Assembly (NCBI GenBank): GCA_963675755.2
Contig: CAXXMD010000002.1
Span: 1,920,001 to 1,984,000 of the forward strand
Source: a bacterium
GTDB lineage: Bacteria > Zhuqueibacterota > Zhuqueibacteria > Residuimicrobiales > Krinioviventaceae
Length of the DNA stretch: 64,000 bases
Direction: 5' to 3'
The position numbers and the translations under genes were made by a program. The notes beneath the pieces are model-generated. The model made no database searches and was not told the DNA's origin. It saw only the letters and a list, made by a program, of their open reading frames with translations. Positions 19,501 through 30,560 of the stretch are shown piece by piece (position 1 is the first letter of the stretch; the number at the start of each line of letters is the position of its first letter).

Positions 19501-20076
19501 ACAAAAGAAAATTACATTATCGTAAAAAAAGCGGTCCCAATAGCAAATTTTGGTTCAGATGTAATCATGGGGCAAGCTCCGCTAACTGTCAGCTTTAGAG
19601 ACAGTTCGCTGGGTGAAATCGATTCCTGGTTGTGGAAATTTGGAGACGGACTCACAAGTACAGCGCAAAATCCAACTCACGTGTACACATCTGCAGACTC
19701 TTTTACTGTAACATTATTCGTATATGGACCCGGTGGATCAAATACAATGATCAAATCGAATTATATAATAGTTGACCACCCAACATCCATAAACGACATG
19801 GCCGGGATACCGAAAAAATTCAATCTGCTACCCAATTACCCCAATCCATTCAATCCGCAAACCACTATCCGCTTTGCGGTACCCAAAAGGTCATTTGTAA
19901 AAATAAATGTATATGATGTAAATGGTAAACGGGTAAACAATTTGTTCTCCGGAATCAAAAACCCGGGATATTTTTCACTCACATGGGATGCAACAGGATT
20001 TCCATCCGGCATGTATTTCATCAAAATGGATACGGATACTTTTACGTCTGTTAAGAAATGTATCTTGGTCAAATAA
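16534..20076 (+). CDS. Secreted multidomain protein, array paralog 2 (type B, 3 PKD)
   Basis: Same architecture with three PKD repeats; GTG start 15 bp after the previous stop. Confidence 0.9.
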   Translation: MNTLKNVCLFLILSFSVVLSQDLQIQWAKTYDYEYANNIDFAHDGGYIFTTGDDNKAIVKIDKHGIVQEDWPLDPGQIPDYRYLQKCNEGYILIGSPNDVMLKKLDNQGQQEWEKFFYNKDSKSDEASYSYYDYGRLVIQTHDNGYILACNSRETVSIWGQYDISKDIWIIKTDPNGEKQWDCWIWGGYFSEEPRAIHQTSDNGYIVACNDNKDDYGHLYRLTSDGQIIWQKEYNEYIGYALPADDGGFYICGKNYLKKVDKDGDLIWEKTLQYELSDSNLKNMIKFDDNSYLLCGNVFDSDTQSWKNLLIKTDNFGNKIWEKTFTEISGISQVLKITNNEFILFGSKGGLVTIVKIIEKIQQDPTKIELLDPVNYKMGVGTQVCLDWTSISNASSYLLELDDDSDMSSPIISKTITNSSNCIINDLSYSTQYYWRVMAQFPDESGNWSDIRTFITMLPPHIESSEPEGYYLSYVDVGDQYYTDRDYTITELPDQLNNCIWIKTQNSDKYLTDDNYIQFQLTRDATVYIAYDNRASAVPQWLTSNFEQTQFTIESTDEYCNFNVWKGKFSAGDVTLGANLATGAEGVQTNYVVFIDIPIQMLDPRENKSGVGKNLYLSWEALGNFGKYDFQISDNQDMSNPFYNITNIEYTRYKIRDLEYNKDYYWRVKAHNRNDEDAWCQTHKFHTMDDHNIYFWVNSNYALSWLEENDQYYVDRNDVVLSIPDPLKNLLWIKTKDDNADIDEPIGHLMEIEFKKEATLYVGFDSRAVSLPNWVTNYYKNTGLTIKVSDEANELNIWSRNVTKGWVYLGFNMAKGAENINSHYVVLIDTNQVQPLSAHFSSDVTSGVSPLTVNFSDSSQGLITSWAWNFGDGKTSTEKNPSHTYGNAESYTVSLTVSGMGGSDTIEKENYITVYETTPLAKFGSDKISGELPLTVNFSDSSHGIIESWVWNFGDESTSTEQNPSHTYENAGRYTVSLTVSGPYGSDTLTKENYIIVKKAVPIANFGSDVIMGQAPLTVSFRDSSLGEIDSWLWKFGDGLTSTAQNPTHVYTSADSFTVTLFVYGPGGSNTMIKSNYIIVDHPTSINDMAGIPKKFNLLPNYPNPFNPQTTIRFAVPKRSFVKINVYDVNGKRVNNLFSGIKNPGYFSLTWDATGFPSGMYFIKMDTDTFTSVKKCILVK

Positions 20077-20091
20077 TATTAGGGGGAAACC

Positions 20092-23000
20092 GTGAATAAA
20101 ATAAAAAAAATATGTCTATTTATCTTCTCAATTGTTTCAATAGCACTATCTCAAGACCTGCAAATTCAATGGTCAAAAACATATGATTATAAATATGCTA
20201 ATAACATTGACTTTGCACATGATGGAGGATATGTTTTCACAACATATGACGATAAAACTATTGTAAAGATTGACAAACATGGCATTGTTCAGGAAGATTG
20301 GCCGCTAAATTCTGGAGAAAATCCCATCATTAGTTATCTACAAAAGTGCAATGAAGGCTATATAATATTAAGTACTACTCCAATGTTGATAAAACTTGAC
20401 AACCAGGGCCGGCAGGAATGGGAAAAACAATATTACGAAAATAAATATGGTGAAGTTGATTATTGGTACACTGGTGAATTTGTCAAACAAACTCATGACA
20501 ATGGATACATTCTTTTTTGTACTAAAAACAATAATGCTGATCCCTCGGGTTCCCGCAAGAGCTTTATGTTTATTAAAACGGACCTCAATGGGGAAAAAGA
20601 GTGGCAAAGTGGGGCCAGTGGTGATTATTATGGAAAAAATACGTCTAAAGCAGTACATCAATTATCAGATGGTGGCTATATTTTCGCCTACAACAACGAT
20701 GATGGCGGCCTGACCCGGTTATCACCAGACGGCAAGGATATCTGGGAGAAAAGATATGACGAATATTTAGAATATACCTTGCCAGCAGATGATGGTGGAT
20801 TCTTTATTTGCGGTCGAGATTATACTAAAGATACCTATTCTTCCGAAACCGCTTATTTAAAAAAAGTAGACCAAAATGGAGATGAAATTTGGAAAAAAAC
20901 ATTCCAAAATGCTTCATCCTATTCTTTGCTCAATAACATTGAATTATTGAATGATGGTAATATTTTGGTATGTGGTAAAATAGTAGATACATCTGATTGG
21001 TCCTCTTCTGAGTGCTGGCTAATTAAAACGGATAGTTTAGGCAATAAAATATGGGAAAAAACTTTTTCAGAACTTGATGACATAAAACAAATTTTGAAAA
21101 TTGATAACAATGAATTCCTTTTATTCGGCATAAAGGACTATTATACAACGATAATGAAAATCAAAGAAAACGATCCCAAAGACCCCTCAAGTTTTGCATT
21201 ATTAGATCCTGTATTCCATAAATTGGGAGTTGGTACCCAACTTTGTCTGGATTGGTCCAGCATTGCAAATGCGTCATCATACCTCGTTGAAATTGATGAC
21301 AGCATTGACATGTCAAATCCCCTCATTTCAAAAACAGTTTCAAACAGTTCAGGTTGCATAATTAAGGACCTGACCTACTCAACTCAATATTATTGGAGGG
21401 TCAGGGCCCAATTCCCGGATGGATCCGGCAAATGGTCCGGTATCAGCACCTTTACAACAATGATTCCTCCACACATAGAGCTTGATGGTAAAAAAAACAA
21501 CATGTCTTATGTGGACGTCAGAGATCAATACTATACAGACAGAGATTACACAGTGACAGGACTTTCTGATGAATTGAAAAATTGTCTATGGATAAAAACT
21601 CAAAACAGCGACAAATATTTAACTGATGACAATTACATACAGTTTAATTTAAAAAGAGATGCAACTGTCTATGTAGCCTATGACAACCGGGCAAGTTCTG
21701 TACCCCATTGGTTATCATCAGGATTTGAACTAACTGAACACACCATTCAGAATTCTGATGAAGAAAGTAATTTTAATATCTGGAAGGGCAGATTCCCGGC
21801 AGGTGACGTAACATTAGGGGCCAATTCGGCAAGCGGAGCAGAGGGTGCGCAGACAAATTATGTTGTATTAATAGATGTTCCACTGCAGATACTTGACCCC
21901 AGGGACAACAAATCAGGGATTGGTAATGATTTAATCTTGAGCTGGGAGACACTGGGCAATTTCGGGTCATATGACCTACAAATCAGCGAATATCAGGACA
22001 TGTCCATTCCATTATATAATATTACAAACATCATGAATCCCAAGTATCGGATTGAAGAGCTGGACTATAATAAAGATTATTTTTGGAGAATCAAAGCACA
22101 CAATCGTAACGATGAGAATGCATGGTATCAGACACAAAAATTTCATACAATGCGTGAACCTCACATTAAAATTTTGTGGCAAGACGAATATTTATTATCC
22201 TGGCTTGAAGAAAATGAACAATATTATATTGACTGTAATCATGTGGTCCTTTCTATCCCTGATCAATTAAAAAATTTACTGTGGATCAAAACAGCAAATG
22301 ACGATGCGGATATAATTTATAGTTTTCCTCTGGAATTTCGATTACAAAGTGATGCAACCATCTATGTGGGCTTTGATTCAAGGGCCACTGCATTGCCAAA
22401 CTGGGTAACTGAACATTATAGCAACACCGGTTTATCCATAACAGTTTCTGATTCAGCAAATGAATTAAATATATGGGCCAGAAATGTTATAAAAGGTGAT
22501 ATCGAGTTGGGATTTAATATGGCAGAAGGCGCTGAAAATATCAAAAGTCATTATGTCGTTTTGATAGACACCAATCAGGTCCCCCCCTTGTCCGCTCATT
22601 TTGGTTCAGATGTAACCTCAGGAGTACTCCCATTGACCGTTAATTTCGCAGACAGTTCTAAGGGTTTTATAACATCATGGTTATGGGATTTTGGTGATGG
22701 AACGACCTCTACAGAAAAAAATCCCTCCCACACCTTTAAAAACTCGGGAAACTATAACGTTAGCCTAACCGTGATTGGTATGGGAAGTTCTGATACAATA
22801 ACAAAAGAAAATAATATTACAGTTAAAAACATGATTGTAAATTTCAGTGCGGATGTGACCATGGGAAAAGCGCCACTCACTGTGAGTTTTACCGACAGTT
22901 CACTGGGCGAAATTGACGCATGGTTATGGAAATTTGGAGACGGACTCACAAGCACGTCTCAAAATCCAACGCATGTATACACATCTGGCGACTCGTTCAC

Positions 23001-23370
23001 CGTATCGCTTTTTGTGCGCGGACCAGGTGGATCTAATACAATGGTAAAAACGAATTTCATAATAGTAGACCATCCAACATCCATTGATGACATGGCCGGT
23101 ATACCGGATAAATTCGATTTACTTCCCAATTATCCCAATCCGTTTAATCCGCAAACCACAATCCGGTTTGCGGTACCTAAAAAGTCTTTTGTAACATTAA
23201 CAGTATATGATATAAACGGAAAACAGGTAAGCAATTTGTTCTCCGGAATCAAAAACCCGGGATATTTTTCACTCACATGGAACGCCTCAGGCTTTCCATC
23301 CGGCATGTATTTCATCAAAATGGATACGGATACCTACTCGTCTGTTCAAAAATGTATACTGGTTAAATAA
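20092..23370 (+). CDS. Secreted multidomain protein, array paralog 3 (type A, 2 PKD)
   Basis: Same architecture; 15-bp spacer. Confidence 0.9.
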   Translation: MNKIKKICLFIFSIVSIALSQDLQIQWSKTYDYKYANNIDFAHDGGYVFTTYDDKTIVKIDKHGIVQEDWPLNSGENPIISYLQKCNEGYIILSTTPMLIKLDNQGRQEWEKQYYENKYGEVDYWYTGEFVKQTHDNGYILFCTKNNNADPSGSRKSFMFIKTDLNGEKEWQSGASGDYYGKNTSKAVHQLSDGGYIFAYNNDDGGLTRLSPDGKDIWEKRYDEYLEYTLPADDGGFFICGRDYTKDTYSSETAYLKKVDQNGDEIWKKTFQNASSYSLLNNIELLNDGNILVCGKIVDTSDWSSSECWLIKTDSLGNKIWEKTFSELDDIKQILKIDNNEFLLFGIKDYYTTIMKIKENDPKDPSSFALLDPVFHKLGVGTQLCLDWSSIANASSYLVEIDDSIDMSNPLISKTVSNSSGCIIKDLTYSTQYYWRVRAQFPDGSGKWSGISTFTTMIPPHIELDGKKNNMSYVDVRDQYYTDRDYTVTGLSDELKNCLWIKTQNSDKYLTDDNYIQFNLKRDATVYVAYDNRASSVPHWLSSGFELTEHTIQNSDEESNFNIWKGRFPAGDVTLGANSASGAEGAQTNYVVLIDVPLQILDPRDNKSGIGNDLILSWETLGNFGSYDLQISEYQDMSIPLYNITNIMNPKYRIEELDYNKDYFWRIKAHNRNDENAWYQTQKFHTMREPHIKILWQDEYLLSWLEENEQYYIDCNHVVLSIPDQLKNLLWIKTANDDADIIYSFPLEFRLQSDATIYVGFDSRATALPNWVTEHYSNTGLSITVSDSANELNIWARNVIKGDIELGFNMAEGAENIKSHYVVLIDTNQVPPLSAHFGSDVTSGVLPLTVNFADSSKGFITSWLWDFGDGTTSTEKNPSHTFKNSGNYNVSLTVIGMGSSDTITKENNITVKNMIVNFSADVTMGKAPLTVSFTDSSLGEIDAWLWKFGDGLTSTSQNPTHVYTSGDSFTVSLFVRGPGGSNTMVKTNFIIVDHPTSIDDMAGIPDKFDLLPNYPNPFNPQTTIRFAVPKKSFVTLTVYDINGKQVSNLFSGIKNPGYFSLTWNASGFPSGMYFIKMDTDTYSSVQKCILVK

Positions 23371-23385
23371 TATTAGGGAAAAACC

Positions 23386-26300
23386 GTGAACACAATAAAA
23401 AATATATGTTTGTTTCTTGTTTTGAGCTTTTCAATAGTATTATCTCAAGACCTTCAAATTCAATGGTCAAAAACATATGATTATAAATATAAACTTGGCA
23501 ATAACATTGATTATGCACATGATGGCGGATTTATTTTTACAAAAGGGAATAATGGGATTGTTAAGATTGATAATCAAGGTATTATTCAAGAGGATTGGCC
23601 ACTGGATACAGTGCCTGATAACCAATCCATAAATTATCTCCAAAAGTGCAATGAAGGTTATATAACAATAGGTACTAATTATCAGGTGGATGGAGGCAAA
23701 CGCAAGGTCGTGCTGAATAAACTTGACAATCAGGGCAGAATTGAATGGGAAAAACTCTATTATAATGAAAATTATCTTAATGAAGAGGGACAAGAAGTCA
23801 AAGTTCACGACTTTGGTGATTTGATTAAACAGACACGCGACAATGGTTACATTCTTGCGTGTACTTCAATGGATAGATATGAGGAGCAATCGGTTTTCAC
23901 CGCAAATTTTTGGTTAATTAAAATTGACCAAAATGGAGAAATAGAATGGGAAACCAGGTTTGGGGGTGATTTCAATGAATACTATTCTTTTAGTACAGTA
24001 TATCAAACACCGGACGATGGCTTTTTGTTTTCCTTTAACGACAAAAAAGAAGGATTGCTCAGATTAACACCAGATGGTCAGGAAATCTGGAGAAAAAAAT
24101 ATGATGAAGCCATAAATCAAACCTTACCAGCAGATGATGGCGGGTTCTCTGTAAGCGGGGGAAATTATTTACAAAAGGTAGACGAAAATGGTGATGAAAT
24201 TTGGAAAAAGACCATTCAACATGAATCAGTAAATTCCGCTTTAAGAGACATGGTTATATTGGATGACAATAGCTATCTCTTGTGTGGAGGAATTTTAGAA
24301 TCATATCCATATTTCACAAAGGGCTGGTTAATCAAAACGGATAGTTTAGGTAATAAAATATGGGAAAAAACTTTTCCAGAAATTGATATCATTAAGCAAG
24401 TTTTACAAATCTCCAACAATGAATTTATTTTATTTGGTGAAAAGGATGAATATATAACGATAATAAAAATCAAAGAAACAGACCCAAATGACCCAACAAA
24501 ACTTGAATTATTAGAACCGGTAAATTATAAAATGGGAATAGGCAATCAACTTGTTCTGGATTGGACCAGCATTGCCAATGCGTCATCATACTTTATAGAA
24601 ATAGATGAAAACATTGAAATGTCAAATCCTCTCATTTCAAAAACAATATCTAACAATTCAAATTGTATTATTAAAGATTTATCCTATTCAACACAATATT
24701 ACTGGAGAGTCAGGGCCCAATTCCCGGATGGTTCCGGTAACTGGTCTGGCATCAGCACATTTACAACAATGTCCCCTCCACACATCGAGTTTAATGGACA
24801 AAAAGAATTCAACATGTCTTATGTGGATATTGGGGACCAATATTACACGGACAGAGAGTATACAATAACAGGACTGCCGGAAGCATTAAAAAATTGTCTG
24901 TGGATGAAAACCTCAAATAGAGAAAAATATTTAACAGATGACAATTACGTTCAATTTCAGTTAAAAAGAGACGCAACCATCTATATTGCCTATGACAACC
25001 GGGCCAGCGCCGTTCCCTATTGGTTATCATCCGGGTTTGAACAAACCGAATATACCATTCAGAATTCTGATTCAGAAAGTAATTTTAATGTCTGGAAAGG
25101 TCAATTCTCAACAGGTGATGTAACACTGGGGGCCAATATGGCAACCGGAGCCGAGGGTGTGCAAACAAACTATACTGTATTAATAGTTATACCGTTACAA
25201 ATGCTTGATCCCAGAGATAATAAAACAGGTATTGGTAATAATGTTATCTTTAGCTGGGAAGCAATAGGTAATTTTGAGAATTATGATTTACAAATCAGTG
25301 ATAATCAGGACATATCAAATCCCATTTATGATATTACCGATATAGAGTACACCAGTCATAAAATAAGAAATTTAGACTATAATAAAGACTATTACTGGAG
25401 GATCAAAGCACACAATCGTGACGATGAGGATGCCTGGTACCAGACACAAAAATTTCATACTATGGATGATCCCCATATTCGTGTATGGGGTAGTCGAGGG
25501 GGTTATGTTTTATCCTGGCTTGAAGAAAATGAACAATACTATGTTGATCGTAATCATGTAATTCTTTCTATCCCTGATCCATTAAAAAATCTACTATGGA
25601 TTAAAACAAATAATGATGATGCAAATCTGGATACAGAAATAAATTTTGATTATGGTCGTCCTCTGGCAATTAAATTAGAAAATAAAGCGACTATTTATGT
25701 GGGTTTTGATTCAAGGGCGACATCCCTGCCAAACTGGGTAACAGACTATTATAAAAATACCGGATTGACTATATCAGTTTCTGACAAAGCAAAAGAATTA
25801 AATATATGGGCCAGAAAGGTTTACAAAGGTGAAACTGTCCTGGGTTCGAATATGGCAAAAGGCGCTGAAAACATAAAAAGTCAGTATATCGTTTTACTGG
25901 ATTTATACCCCCTGTTGGCTAAATTCGATTCAGATGTAACAAAAGGAGTACTACCTTTGACCGTAAATTTCTCAGACAGTTCTCAGGGAAAAATAGAATC
26001 CTGGGCGTGGGATTTCGGTGATGGATCGACCTCTTTAGAACAGAATCCCTCCCACACCTATAAAAACGCGGGAAGTTATACCGTTAGCCTGACAGTAAGT
26101 GGTCCTGACACTTTTGATACAATCATAAAAGAAAATTTTATTACCGTATACAAAACAACACCGGTTGCCAATTTCGATTCAGACAAAACATCAGGAGTAC
26201 TACCGTTAACTGTTAATTTCTCCGACAGCTCTAATGGGCTTATCGAATCCTGGGCTTGGGATTTTGGTGACGGCGTTACTTCTACAGAGCAAAATCCTTC

Positions 26301-26949
26301 CCATACCTATGAAAACGTGGGCAGCTATACAGTCAGCCTTACAGTCAGTAATCTAGACAGTTCTGATACCATAATAAAAGAAAATTACATTACAGTAAAA
26401 AAACCGTCCCCTATTGCAAATTTTGGTGCCGATGTTACAAATGGCCTACTACCACTTAGTGTTAGTTTTACAGACAGTTCACTAGGAGATATTGTTTTCT
26501 GGTACTGGAGCTTTGGTGACGGACTCACAAGCACGTCTCAAAATCCAACGCACGTGTACTCATCTGCTGACTCGTTCACTGTGTCCTTAACGGTATGTGA
26601 TCCCCGGGGATCAGATACAATGGTCAAAACGAAATATATTATTGTGGATCATCCAACATCCATTGATGACATGGCCGGTATACCGGATAAATTCGATTTA
26701 CTTCCCAATTATCCCAATCCATTTAATCCGCAAACTACAATCAGGTTTGCGATACCGAAAAAATCATTTGTAAAAATAAATGTATATGATGTAAATGGTA
26801 AATGGGTAAGCAATTTAATCTCCGGAATCAAAAACCCGGGGAATTATGCTATAACCTGGAATGCCTCAAGCTTTTCATCCGGCATGTATTTCATCAAGAT
26901 GGATACGGATGCCTACTCTTCTGTTCAAAAATGTATACTGGTTAAATAA
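23386..26949 (+). CDS. Secreted multidomain protein, array paralog 4 (type B, 3 PKD)
   Basis: Same architecture; 15-bp spacer. Confidence 0.9.
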   Translation: MNTIKNICLFLVLSFSIVLSQDLQIQWSKTYDYKYKLGNNIDYAHDGGFIFTKGNNGIVKIDNQGIIQEDWPLDTVPDNQSINYLQKCNEGYITIGTNYQVDGGKRKVVLNKLDNQGRIEWEKLYYNENYLNEEGQEVKVHDFGDLIKQTRDNGYILACTSMDRYEEQSVFTANFWLIKIDQNGEIEWETRFGGDFNEYYSFSTVYQTPDDGFLFSFNDKKEGLLRLTPDGQEIWRKKYDEAINQTLPADDGGFSVSGGNYLQKVDENGDEIWKKTIQHESVNSALRDMVILDDNSYLLCGGILESYPYFTKGWLIKTDSLGNKIWEKTFPEIDIIKQVLQISNNEFILFGEKDEYITIIKIKETDPNDPTKLELLEPVNYKMGIGNQLVLDWTSIANASSYFIEIDENIEMSNPLISKTISNNSNCIIKDLSYSTQYYWRVRAQFPDGSGNWSGISTFTTMSPPHIEFNGQKEFNMSYVDIGDQYYTDREYTITGLPEALKNCLWMKTSNREKYLTDDNYVQFQLKRDATIYIAYDNRASAVPYWLSSGFEQTEYTIQNSDSESNFNVWKGQFSTGDVTLGANMATGAEGVQTNYTVLIVIPLQMLDPRDNKTGIGNNVIFSWEAIGNFENYDLQISDNQDISNPIYDITDIEYTSHKIRNLDYNKDYYWRIKAHNRDDEDAWYQTQKFHTMDDPHIRVWGSRGGYVLSWLEENEQYYVDRNHVILSIPDPLKNLLWIKTNNDDANLDTEINFDYGRPLAIKLENKATIYVGFDSRATSLPNWVTDYYKNTGLTISVSDKAKELNIWARKVYKGETVLGSNMAKGAENIKSQYIVLLDLYPLLAKFDSDVTKGVLPLTVNFSDSSQGKIESWAWDFGDGSTSLEQNPSHTYKNAGSYTVSLTVSGPDTFDTIIKENFITVYKTTPVANFDSDKTSGVLPLTVNFSDSSNGLIESWAWDFGDGVTSTEQNPSHTYENVGSYTVSLTVSNLDSSDTIIKENYITVKKPSPIANFGADVTNGLLPLSVSFTDSSLGDIVFWYWSFGDGLTSTSQNPTHVYSSADSFTVSLTVCDPRGSDTMVKTKYIIVDHPTSIDDMAGIPDKFDLLPNYPNPFNPQTTIRFAIPKKSFVKINVYDVNGKWVSNLISGIKNPGNYAITWNASSFSSGMYFIKMDTDAYSSVQKCILVK

Positions 26950-27060
26950 GGGAATCATTCCAAGCCCAGGGTTTTATGACCTGGGCAACCGAATTGTTCA
27001 CAAAGGATCATCTTTTAATCCTGTTAATCATGTTTTATCGTGGTAATCATATAATCCTGT

Positions 27061-27242
27061 TAATCTGGGTTCAATCTTGTTAATCCGGGTTTATCTTTTT
27101 AATCCGGATTTAGGATTTCTATTGCTTTTTTCCCCAAAAATAACTTAATTACAATTGGAAGTACAGGGGCGGGCCAAAAGAGAACCTTTCTATTTTTTTT
27201 AAAAACATTTTTCCAACCAAAAACAAGTATTAGGAAAGTAGA
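27061..27242 (+). promoter_or_regulatory. Leader/promoter region of the paralog array, copy 2
   Basis: Duplicate of 13060-13245; preceded by a hairpin GCCCAGG...CCTGGGC (~26964-26986) after paralog 4. Confidence 0.65.
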
Positions 27243-30200
27243 ATGAATACGATTAAAAACGTATGCCTGTTTATCTTGTCAATTATTTCAATAACACTAT
27301 CACAAGACCTTCAAATTCAATGGGCAAAAACATATGATTATGAATCTGGTAGTTACATGAACATTGACTTTGCACATGATGGCGGATTTGTTTTCACAAC
27401 ATATGACGATAAAACTATTGTCAAGATTGACAATCATGGTATTGTTCAGGAAGACTGGCCGCTGGATTTAGGAAAAATTCCCATCTATGGTTATCTACAA
27501 AAGTGCAATGAAGGATATATATTAATAAGCACTGTTCGTCATGAAGGCAAATTGAAGGCATTACTGAAAAAACTTGACAATCAGGGTCGTCTGGAATGGG
27601 AAAAATACTATTACGAAGATGATCATGGTGAAGTTAATGTCTGGAACTCGGGTGAATTTGTTAAACAAACACAAGACAATGGTTACATTCTTTTTTGTAC
27701 TTCAAACAATAATGCTGATCCATCGGGTTCTCGCTTGAGCTTTTGGTTTATTAAAACAGACCCTTATGGAGAAATCGAGTGGGAAAGTGGGGCCAGTGGT
27801 GATTTTTATGGATCAAATACATCTATAGATGTACATCAATTATCTGATGGTGGTTATATTTTCGCATATAACAACGATGATGGCGGCTTGACCCGGTTAT
27901 CACCAGACGGTCATGATATTTGGGAAAAAAGATATGACCAATATATAAAATACGTTTTACCAGCAAATAATAGTGGTTTCTTTATTGGCGGTAATTATTA
28001 TTTATCAGATGCTAATACACAAGGTACCGTCTATTTAAAAAAGGTTGACGAAAATGGAGATGAAATTTGGATTAAGACTTTTCAAAATGACTCGAAAGCT
28101 TTATATACAAGAAACATGATACTGTTGGATGACAATAGCTGTCTATTATGTGGGAGTAGTTTAGAACCAGGTTCGTATACATCAAATGGTTGGATAATCA
28201 AAGCTGACAGTTTAGGTAATAAAATCTGGGAAAAAAATTTCCCAGAAATTAATAACATAAATCAAGTTTTAAAAATATCCGAAAATGAATTTCTTGTATT
28301 CGGTGAAAAAGATGATCGGGTAACCATAATAAAACTACAAGAAAACGACCCCAACGATCCCACAAAACTTGAATTATTAGAACCAGTAAACCATAAATTA
28401 GGGGTAGGCAATCAACTCTGTCTGGACTGGACCAGCGTGGCCAATGCTTCATCATATCTCGTTGAATTAGATGATGACAGTGACATGTCAAGCCCCCTCC
28501 TTTCCAAAACAGTTTCAAACAGTTCAAGTTGTATAATAAACGACCTGGCAGATTCAACACAGTATTATTGGAGAGTCAGGGCCCAATTCCCGGAAGGCCC
28601 GGGTAACTGGTATGGTATTAACACATTTACAACCATGCTCCCTCCACACATGGAATTTAGTGAACAGGAAGGTTACTACTTGTCATATGTAGATGTTGGT
28701 GATCAATATTATACAGACAGAGATTACACAATAACGGAACTGCCAGATCAATTTAAAAATTGTATATGGATCAAAACCCCGGATAGTGAAAAATATTTAA
28801 CAGATGACAATTACATTCAATTTCAGTTAAAAAGAAACGCAACCGTCTATATTGCCTATGACAACCGGGCAAGCTCTGTTCCCTATTGGTTATCATCCGG
28901 GTTTGAACAAACCGAATACACCATACAGAATTCTGATGAAGAAAGTAATTTCACTGTCTGGAAAGGCCAATTCACAGCAGGGGATGTAGCATTAGGGGCC
29001 AATTCAGCAAGCGGCGCAGAAGGTGTACTAACAAATTATGTTGCATTCATAGATATCCCACTTCAAATGCTTGACCCCAGGGACAACAAGTCCGGAGTGG
29101 GAAAAGATTTAAGCTTTAGCTGGGAAGCGATAGGAAATTTCGAAAATTACGATCTGCAAATCAGCGATAATCAGGTCATGTCAAGTCCCTTATCTTATAT
29201 TACCAACATAAAGTATACCCGCTATATTTTAAGAGATCTGGATTATAATAAAGACTATTACTGGAGGATCAAAGCTCACAATTGCAACGATGAAAATTCA
29301 TGGTACCAGACACAAAAGTTCCATACTATGAATGAACCTATAGTTAAATTGAGTGAATATGAATATTATATATTATCCTGGCTCGAAGAAAATGATCAAT
29401 ATTATATTAACCAAAATGATGTAATTCTTTCCATTCCAGATCAGTTAAAAGGTTTACTGTGGGTCAAAACTGCAAATAATGATTTAGCCTTGGAATATGA
29501 TTCATTTTATATTCACCCGGAGAAAGAAGTAACTATTTATGTCGGTTTTGATTCAAGGGCCACCTCACTTCCAAACTGGGTAACAGACGACTTTAAAAAC
29601 ACAGGGTTAACCATAACTGTTTCTGATTCAGCAAATGAATTAAATATATGGACCAGAAATTTAAACAAAAGCATATTTTCCTTTGGCGAATGCTGGGCAG
29701 AAGGCGCTGAAAACATTAAAAGCCAGTATGTCGTTTTAATAGACACCAACCAGGTAGCGCCCCTATCCGCAAAATTTGATTCAGATGTGACATTGGGAGT
29801 ACCCCCGTTGACTGTTAATTTCTCAGACAGTTCTCAGGGCTTTATAACATCATGGCTATGGGATTTTGGCGACGGAATAACCTCTACTGAAAAAAATCCC
29901 ACCCACACCTATGAAAACGTGGGCAGCTATTCAGTCAGCCTGACTGTAAGTAATTATGACAGTTCTAATACCATAACAAAAGAAAATTATATTACAGTTA
30001 AAAACATGATTGCTAATTTCAGTGCGGATGTAACCATGGGACAAGCACCGCTTACCGTTAGTTTTACCGACAGTTCACTGGGCGAAATTGACGCATGGTT
30101 GTGGAAATTTGGAGACGGACTCACAAGCACATCACAAAATCCTACACACGTGTACACATATGGCGACTCGTTCACCGTATCACTTTTTGTGCGCGGACCA

Positions 30201-30545
30201 GGTGGATCAAATACAATGGTCAAATCGAATTATATAATAGTCGACCATCCAACATCTATTGACGACATGGCCGGCATACCGGATAAATTCGATTTACTAC
30301 CCAATTACCCCAATCCATTCAATCCGCAAACCACAATCCGGTTTGCGATACCCAAAAGGTCATTTGTAAAAATTACTATATTTGATATAAACGGAAAACT
30401 GGTCCAGAACTTATTTTCCGGCACCAAAAATCCGGGGCATTATGCCATCACATGGAACGCCTCAGGCTTTCCATCTGGTATGTATTTCATCAAAATGGAT
30501 ACGGATGCCTACTCGTCAGTTAGAAAATGTATCTTGGTCAAATAA
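27243..30545 (+). CDS. Secreted multidomain protein, array paralog 5 (type A, 2 PKD)
   Basis: Same architecture; ATG start after the duplicated leader. Confidence 0.9.
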   Translation: MNTIKNVCLFILSIISITLSQDLQIQWAKTYDYESGSYMNIDFAHDGGFVFTTYDDKTIVKIDNHGIVQEDWPLDLGKIPIYGYLQKCNEGYILISTVRHEGKLKALLKKLDNQGRLEWEKYYYEDDHGEVNVWNSGEFVKQTQDNGYILFCTSNNNADPSGSRLSFWFIKTDPYGEIEWESGASGDFYGSNTSIDVHQLSDGGYIFAYNNDDGGLTRLSPDGHDIWEKRYDQYIKYVLPANNSGFFIGGNYYLSDANTQGTVYLKKVDENGDEIWIKTFQNDSKALYTRNMILLDDNSCLLCGSSLEPGSYTSNGWIIKADSLGNKIWEKNFPEINNINQVLKISENEFLVFGEKDDRVTIIKLQENDPNDPTKLELLEPVNHKLGVGNQLCLDWTSVANASSYLVELDDDSDMSSPLLSKTVSNSSSCIINDLADSTQYYWRVRAQFPEGPGNWYGINTFTTMLPPHMEFSEQEGYYLSYVDVGDQYYTDRDYTITELPDQFKNCIWIKTPDSEKYLTDDNYIQFQLKRNATVYIAYDNRASSVPYWLSSGFEQTEYTIQNSDEESNFTVWKGQFTAGDVALGANSASGAEGVLTNYVAFIDIPLQMLDPRDNKSGVGKDLSFSWEAIGNFENYDLQISDNQVMSSPLSYITNIKYTRYILRDLDYNKDYYWRIKAHNCNDENSWYQTQKFHTMNEPIVKLSEYEYYILSWLEENDQYYINQNDVILSIPDQLKGLLWVKTANNDLALEYDSFYIHPEKEVTIYVGFDSRATSLPNWVTDDFKNTGLTITVSDSANELNIWTRNLNKSIFSFGECWAEGAENIKSQYVVLIDTNQVAPLSAKFDSDVTLGVPPLTVNFSDSSQGFITSWLWDFGDGITSTEKNPTHTYENVGSYSVSLTVSNYDSSNTITKENYITVKNMIANFSADVTMGQAPLTVSFTDSSLGEIDAWLWKFGDGLTSTSQNPTHVYTYGDSFTVSLFVRGPGGSNTMVKSNYIIVDHPTSIDDMAGIPDKFDLLPNYPNPFNPQTTIRFAIPKRSFVKITIFDINGKLVQNLFSGTKNPGHYAITWNASGFPSGMYFIKMDTDAYSSVRKCILVK

Positions 30546-30560
30546 TATTAGGGGAAAATC

